Below, piece after piece: positions 34,355 to 39,359 of a DNA stretch of 39,359 bases. The notes under the pieces were generated by a model. The model saw only the letters and a list, made by a program, of their open reading frames with translations, made no database searches and was not told the DNA's origin. Position 1 is the stretch's first letter, and every line of letters begins with the position of its first letter. Position numbers and translations under genes: made by a program. The DNA is taken from contig DJHE01000027.1 of NCBI GenBank assembly GCA_002432945.1, positions 1 through 39,359 of the forward strand, given 5' to 3'. Origin of the DNA: Synergistaceae bacterium UBA5827. Lineage in GTDB: Bacteria > Synergistota > Synergistia > Synergistales > 79-D21.

Positions 34355-36850
34355 CTAGAAATCGAAATCGCTGGTGATCGCTCTTCGCACGGTGTAGCGC
34401 ACCGATCGGTACTCCCGGTAATGGCTGGTATCAGGGATGAGTTCATCAAGCCTCAGGAAGACTTCCTGGCCGTTGAACTGTTCGGCTTTTTTCGTCAGGA
34501 TGAAGCGGACCGATCTCTCCCTTGCCCGCATCTCCGGTGAATCCAGGTTGAAGTCCAACTCCTGAAGGTCTGAAAGCAGCTCACCCGTTAGAGAGTAGAT
34601 CCCGGCCCGGAGCCTGCGCGCCTTCCTTTTTTCTGTTACGGGCTCGACCTGGAAGAAGGAAACGGAAAGCTGGCCCGAAGTGATGAGAGTCGAGGTCCCC
34701 TTGATGATATCGACCTCTACCTGGCTGACATCGCTCTTGCGTTTCTTGTTGATGTGGATGACCGGCAGAACGACCTCCTGCAGGCTCCCCCCGCCGTGAA
34801 CGAAGCGAATGGTTGCACCGGTGAGCCTGAGTCGCTTTATCGAGCGGGCCAGCCGGACCTGGACGTCACCCTCCAGCCCCATTTTCCCTGTATCCAGGCC
34901 CCAGAGTCCTGAATTGGGTTTCAGGCCGCGCCCCAGGATAAAGCGCCGGTCTCGCATGAGGATCTCGGTTCCCTCAAGTCCCAGGTCCGTGAAATCGCTT
35001 TCGTGGACTTCACCTGATTGGAAAAGGAAACCATGGTCGGCTGTCACGAGGATATTGCTGGCGTTTGCCGCAGTGAGCTTTTTAGCGAGCCTGACCAACT
35101 CGGTCAGGGTCTGTTCCGCCGCTTCAAAAACGGTGTCCTCTGTTGAGACACTCCCCCCCGCTGCGTCGATGCGGTTGTGGTAAATATAGAGGACCTCGCA
35201 GTCCTTGAGCAGGGCGCGGGCTTCATCGCCATTCATGGCCAGGAAGTCTTCGGCCTTTACAGTTTTCCCTCGGGGTCCAAGGGTTGCCTGCAGGATCTTT
35301 TCACGGTTCGCCAAACCACGGCTATCCCTTCCATCAACCATGACGGTTCCGGCTCCATCACCCAAAAAGGCAATTTCCCTATTAGGCAAGAGCGACGCCA
35401 TCCCCAGCTGGGTGAAGCTCGGGAGCATGGCAAGCATAGGCTCGAGTTTCGCCTCGTACCGGTCTTCCTTCCGGATCGCGGTTAACAGCTCCTGTCCCAG
35501 CTCGTAGCGCAAAGCATCGGAGATGATGACGACAACCTTTTTCCCTTCTGCAGTGAAAGGTTCAACCCAGTGCCGATAAAAGTCTCGCTGGAGATAGACC
35601 TCATCAGCCTTCCAGGCATCCAGCCTGTCCAGAACAGACTGCCAGCTGTCGTTCAAAGGAAGAAGGAAAACATTGACGTAAAGGTTTTCAACCTTCTGTG
35701 AGAGGCTTTCCAGTAAGCTTCGCTCTCCCGATTTCCGTGCATGGTAGCAATACTGCCGGTAAAGCTGGTCCAGCAAGTGCCAGGAACGGGCATAACGCTG
35801 CACCCCTTCGCCAAGACTCCCGATGGAGAGATCAGCCTCGCCCAGGGCCTGGAAGAAGCGCGAAGCACAGAGAATCGCCTCGTAAAGGTCCTCGAAATCC
35901 CCAAACCAGTGCCCTTGCCTGCGGAGTCTCACGAATTCCGCACAATCGACAGCGGAAAGGGTCTTCTGCTCCACTTCCCCAAGGAGGGAGCCGAGGATAT
36001 TCATGTCCACGCAACGGAAGAGGTCAAGTTCCATCAACTCCCGGTAGTCCTTGGAGGCAATCCCCTTTTCGATAGAGAGGTCCCGGGCAGCCAGGTCCGA
36101 TAGGGTCCTGAAAGAATCACCGTGCCGCTTGCTGTCCTTCCAGTGTTTCAGGAAAACAAGGGCATCCGCGTTTAAAGAACCCCCTTCTCCCAGGACACGC
36201 TCGTATCCCGCCAGGAAGAGGTCCAGGAGAAAACCTTTAAGACTCGGCTTTTCAGGCTCGTAACCGAACGCCACTTTCAACTGCTTCCAGAAGACACCCC
36301 AGAGGCCGGCACGATCAACGAGCCGTTGACGCTCCTCGCGCTCTTCGGCCAATTCAGCCAGGAGGCTCAGCAGGATCTCGTCGATTCGTGGTTCCGAATC
36401 GGTACAGATGGCCAACATCTTCAGTTCGAGGAGGGCTGGCGTGTCCGCTTTTCCCAGAATCTTTTTCAGGGCATCCATGCGCTTGGCGGAGGCAAAGAAA
36501 GACCGATGGTTCCTCAAGACCTCGGCAAAGTGGAAATCCAGGCCCAGCTCCGAAAGCCATAACCCAATCTGGTCCGCCCGGAAGACACAGTTCGCAAGCT
36601 GTACGTCAAGAAGCCAGTTGTCCAGGTCCCTGGGTTGAGGGCCTTCGTGGTAGAGAAGGAACTTTTGGTTGGGAGCCTCACGAAGGATCCGGTGCTTTAT
36701 CGCCAGCTGGTTGTTGAGGATTTCCAGCTTCTCTACGCCGGGGACCTGCAAGGATTCATAAGCCTCCCGCATCTCCCGCTCGGCGTCGTACCAGAAAATG
36801 ATCCGGTTTTTACCAAAAAGACGGGTCAGAGCCTCTTCAATCCCACTCAT
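34355..36850 (-). CDS. pglZ: BREX type 1 phosphatase PglZ
   Basis: RIIFWYD, IISDALRYE, LPSFTQLGMASLLP, YHNRID, TADHGF, FVHGG.SLQE. Confidence 0.95.
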   Translation of the reverse strand: MSGIEEALTRLFGKNRIIFWYDAEREMREAYESLQVPGVEKLEILNNQLAIKHRILREAPNQKFLLYHEGPQPRDLDNWLLDVQLANCVFRADQIGLWLSELGLDFHFAEVLRNHRSFFASAKRMDALKKILGKADTPALLELKMLAICTDSEPRIDEILLSLLAELAEEREERQRLVDRAGLWGVFWKQLKVAFGYEPEKPSLKGFLLDLFLAGYERVLGEGGSLNADALVFLKHWKDSKRHGDSFRTLSDLAARDLSIEKGIASKDYRELMELDLFRCVDMNILGSLLGEVEQKTLSAVDCAEFVRLRRQGHWFGDFEDLYEAILCASRFFQALGEADLSIGSLGEGVQRYARSWHLLDQLYRQYCYHARKSGERSLLESLSQKVENLYVNVFLLPLNDSWQSVLDRLDAWKADEVYLQRDFYRHWVEPFTAEGKKVVVIISDALRYELGQELLTAIRKEDRYEAKLEPMLAMLPSFTQLGMASLLPNREIAFLGDGAGTVMVDGRDSRGLANREKILQATLGPRGKTVKAEDFLAMNGDEARALLKDCEVLYIYHNRIDAAGGSVSTEDTVFEAAEQTLTELVRLAKKLTAANASNILVTADHGFLFQSGEVHESDFTDLGLEGTEILMRDRRFILGRGLKPNSGLWGLDTGKMGLEGDVQVRLARSIKRLRLTGATIRFVHGGGSLQEVVLPVIHINKKRKSDVSQVEVDIIKGTSTLITSGQLSVSFFQVEPVTEKRKARRLRAGIYSLTGELLSDLQELDFNLDSPEMRARERSVRFILTKKAEQFNGQEVFLRLDELIPDTSHYREYRSVRYTVRRAITSDFDF

Positions 36851-36873
36851 GAAAAGCCTCCTCCAAAACGCCG

Positions 36874-39359
36874 CTAATCTTCATTTTCCAGGCCCTTGAT
36901 CGGCCTCAGCGCCTTGCCTAACTTGGCGTAGTTAACCTTCACCCCATCGTCGAGGTCGATTTCGATCATCTGGGCCGCCAAGGGGAACAGGACATTGCTT
37001 TCATATTCATCCAGTTCCTTGATGAGTTTTCGGATTTTCTCCATTTCCTTCAGGGCTGCCGTCTTGTCCTTGTTGGCGGTCTGTGGATTGGCCTCTACAA
37101 GCTGGAGATGTTCCATACGGCTCTTGAGTTTGGTGCGAAAATCCCTGAGGTAACTGTTCAGGACCACCGAAACGGTATCCGGACGATACCGGTGCATGTA
37201 GATGAGGGCATTGAAGCCGCCATTAGGGGAAGAGAAAAGCCAGTAAATGGGGCGCTTCTTGTACCGCTTCACGTGGTCGTCGTAAAAATCCTTCAGGAAA
37301 AATTTTCGAATGTCCTTGCCGATCGCGTTCTCGATGAAAGCGAGGTTCTCGGCATAGTGATCCTCCCCGAACGTGATTTTCAGGAACTTCTTGAACCGTT
37401 CGGTGATGTCATCGGAGAACCACTCGCCTTCAAGGATGGGGATGACGTTGTCCTCGTCGGGTGAAAAGGTGGGATTCGGAACCTGCCTCAGGTAGTCTTT
37501 TATCGTTTCGCCCTGGTTGGCCAGAATCAGGCCGGGCTTGTCCAGCGAGTAGCGGCCGAACATACAGCCCACAGCATAAGAGATCAGTTCGCGCATGGTG
37601 TCGGCCAGCAGCAATGCCTCCAGTTCTTCCTCGCTCTTGCTGTTGCCGTAACGATAGTGCGGGTTGCAGGTCAATGTGATTTCGCTAAGAGGCACATCCG
37701 GCGTCAGTTCGTCCTGCAGGCCGTAAGCCTCGATGAAGATGCGGTTGTTCTCTTCCTCCAGGTTCCACATTTTCTGCGTCATTTCTTTCCAGTGAGCGCG
37801 GACTTTCTGATACGTGTCTTTCAGTCTTGACTGACGGAACTCCGCATGTAACAGCGGAAGGCCGCTGAAGTTCCAAGATGTTTCATAGGAATCCCAGTCG
37901 GATTGGCTTTGCCCGATTAGTGTATGAACAACATCAGGCCTCTGCTGGATATCAGGAAAAGGGAATTTTGAGATTTGCCCCACCTCATAATTCATCGTGG
38001 GCATCAAAGCGCGATATAGGGTGTTCATCACAGGAGAGTTAAGGGCACCTAGAACAGGATGTAGTGATCTCCCATCGTTCGTAAATATCGAACAACCAGC
38101 AACATCAAAAAGGAACCCCGCAGGGAAATACCTGATAGAAAAACTACTAATTGTAACTTTAGACCAACTTGCAGAAGCAAGAAAATAACGATCAGGATTT
38201 CGAATAACGGATTTCGGTCTATTTGAAAAAAGCGCCTCTCCGTCATTTTCCCAATCTACAACATTGTCTTGATTCCCGTACCATTTCCTAAATCCGCCAC
38301 CCTTGTTGTACGGGAACCATCTGCAGCCTGATTTTTTGGCTTCTTCTCTAGAACCCATATTAAAACCAATATTAGTAATTGACGGTTCGTGCCATTGACG
38401 GAGAAAGAGTCCATTGTCCGCAGTTGCCAACCCTTGTTTTACATCGAAATAAGCATCGAGAGGCTTATTCAAATCGAATATTGATAATGCTCTATCGCTT
38501 AGCCAGTATGCTAATGGACTTCCATGTATACGGATAAAACTCGTTTGCGAAATCTTGTAAACAGAACTATCTTCGTTAAAGAACAGCTCCCTTATTTCAT
38601 CTGAACTTCGTACTATAGAATTCTTTTTAAAAAGCTTTTTATAGGTTCCTTTGCGTGAAATGGCCTCCCAATTAGGCGCTTTGTTCGGTTTGAATACCGT
38701 AAAAGCGATTGAGCCAAAATCCGCTCCAAAAATTCCGCGACCGAGGTGAAGCAAGGTGTCAATTTTAGATCTCTGCAACAGCGATCCTCGAAGATCTGCA
38801 AAGGACTGAAGAAACATCCACGAAGGAAGATTAATCATTCCCCAAAATCCGCCATCTTGGACAATTTGATCCAAACGTTCCATAAAACAAGTCATTAAAT
38901 CTGATTTTCCCAATGGGTATGCTTCAGTTAGAAAAACCTTGAGATGATCGTTCATTCCTTTTGCGCCCATATATGGAGGATTCGTAACCGAAACGTGATA
39001 GTTCATATTCAGATAATTGGCTTGTCGCAGGGCTTTTAGTATCTTTTGATGGGTCCGCGTAAGGAAGAGATTTTCCGAAACATTTTTCGATTCAAGAGTC
39101 TTAAGCATCCATTGCACATCGGGAATGGCTGGCCGGATAAGGGAACCGAAGTTGTCGGCCTCTTCGAATTGCCGCAAGGTAGTTTGGAGCGATTCAGTGA
39201 ACAGGTCTCGCCCAATATAATCCATGTAGTTTTTTAGTTCGCTCTTGTCGAACCGGACGTTCTCCAAAACACAGATGTTGGGCTTGACACCCTTCTGGAA
39301 AAAGCGGCGCTGCCTGGCACGGGCCTTCATGGTCAGGGCAAAGGCTGCCAGTTCTCCTG
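36874..39359 (-). CDS. pglX: BREX type 1 adenine methyltransferase PglX (5' end outside window)
   Basis: NFGSLI, TNPPYMG, NKGGGFRKWYGN, KRYKKRPIYW, DLDDGVKVNY; the frame stays open to the window edge. Confidence 0.95.
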   Translation of the reverse strand, partial: GELAAFALTMKARARQRRFFQKGVKPNICVLENVRFDKSELKNYMDYIGRDLFTESLQTTLRQFEEADNFGSLIRPAIPDVQWMLKTLESKNVSENLFLTRTHQKILKALRQANYLNMNYHVSVTNPPYMGAKGMNDHLKVFLTEAYPLGKSDLMTCFMERLDQIVQDGGFWGMINLPSWMFLQSFADLRGSLLQRSKIDTLLHLGRGIFGADFGSIAFTVFKPNKAPNWEAISRKGTYKKLFKKNSIVRSSDEIRELFFNEDSSVYKISQTSFIRIHGSPLAYWLSDRALSIFDLNKPLDAYFDVKQGLATADNGLFLRQWHEPSITNIGFNMGSREEAKKSGCRWFPYNKGGGFRKWYGNQDNVVDWENDGEALFSNRPKSVIRNPDRYFLASASWSKVTISSFSIRYFPAGFLFDVAGCSIFTNDGRSLHPVLGALNSPVMNTLYRALMPTMNYEVGQISKFPFPDIQQRPDVVHTLIGQSQSDWDSYETSWNFSGLPLLHAEFRQSRLKDTYQKVRAHWKEMTQKMWNLEEENNRIFIEAYGLQDELTPDVPLSEITLTCNPHYRYGNSKSEEELEALLLADTMRELISYAVGCMFGRYSLDKPGLILANQGETIKDYLRQVPNPTFSPDEDNVIPILEGEWFSDDITERFKKFLKITFGEDHYAENLAFIENAIGKDIRKFFLKDFYDDHVKRYKKRPIYWLFSSPNGGFNALIYMHRYRPDTVSVVLNSYLRDFRTKLKSRMEHLQLVEANPQTANKDKTAALKEMEKIRKLIKELDEYESNVLFPLAAQMIEIDLDDGVKVNYAKLGKALRPIKGLENED

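Noticed and set aside
1-39359. tRNA, rRNA, CRISPR arrays, retron/RT or DGR repeats
   Set aside because: None recognised by eye; tRNAscan, Infernal and a self dot-plot would be needed to exclude weak cases.

Overview
GC-rich bacterial chromosome segment in three parts. (1) 1-~10705 is the right-hand end of a prophage-like element. It has a leftward early operon (Rha, Dam-type MTase, Gp37/Gp68, Cys-rich microproteins, membrane-anchored lytic transglycosylase, stand-alone degenerate terminase nuclease domain), a Cro/CI switch followed by an HTH-less, probably inactive CI paralog, two RelE-superfamily TA modules and a large serine recombinase. The element appears to have integrated into the PCxxC motif of a nucleoside deaminase gene. 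(2) ~10700-22600 is mostly host DNA: an IclR-TRAP-D-aminoacylase operon, a umuDC-like pair with a minimal non-catalytic UmuD, a radical SAM gene, trmO, a 5'-truncated MBL hydrolase, HIT, and a small insert bounded by a decayed duplicate of the HD gene 3' end. (3) 21440-39359 is a minus-strand run. It holds the 3' part of a type 1 BREX system (pglX, pglZ, brxL with a MIT_C/PLD-like instead of Lon C-terminus), then a PD-(D/E)XK nuclease - SNF2 helicase - Hsp70/actin-like ATPase trio (best candidate for an undescribed defence system), then an XRE-HTH - VIT/vWA - double aspartyl protease - HD operon. All calls come from motif recognition by eye; no database searches were run.
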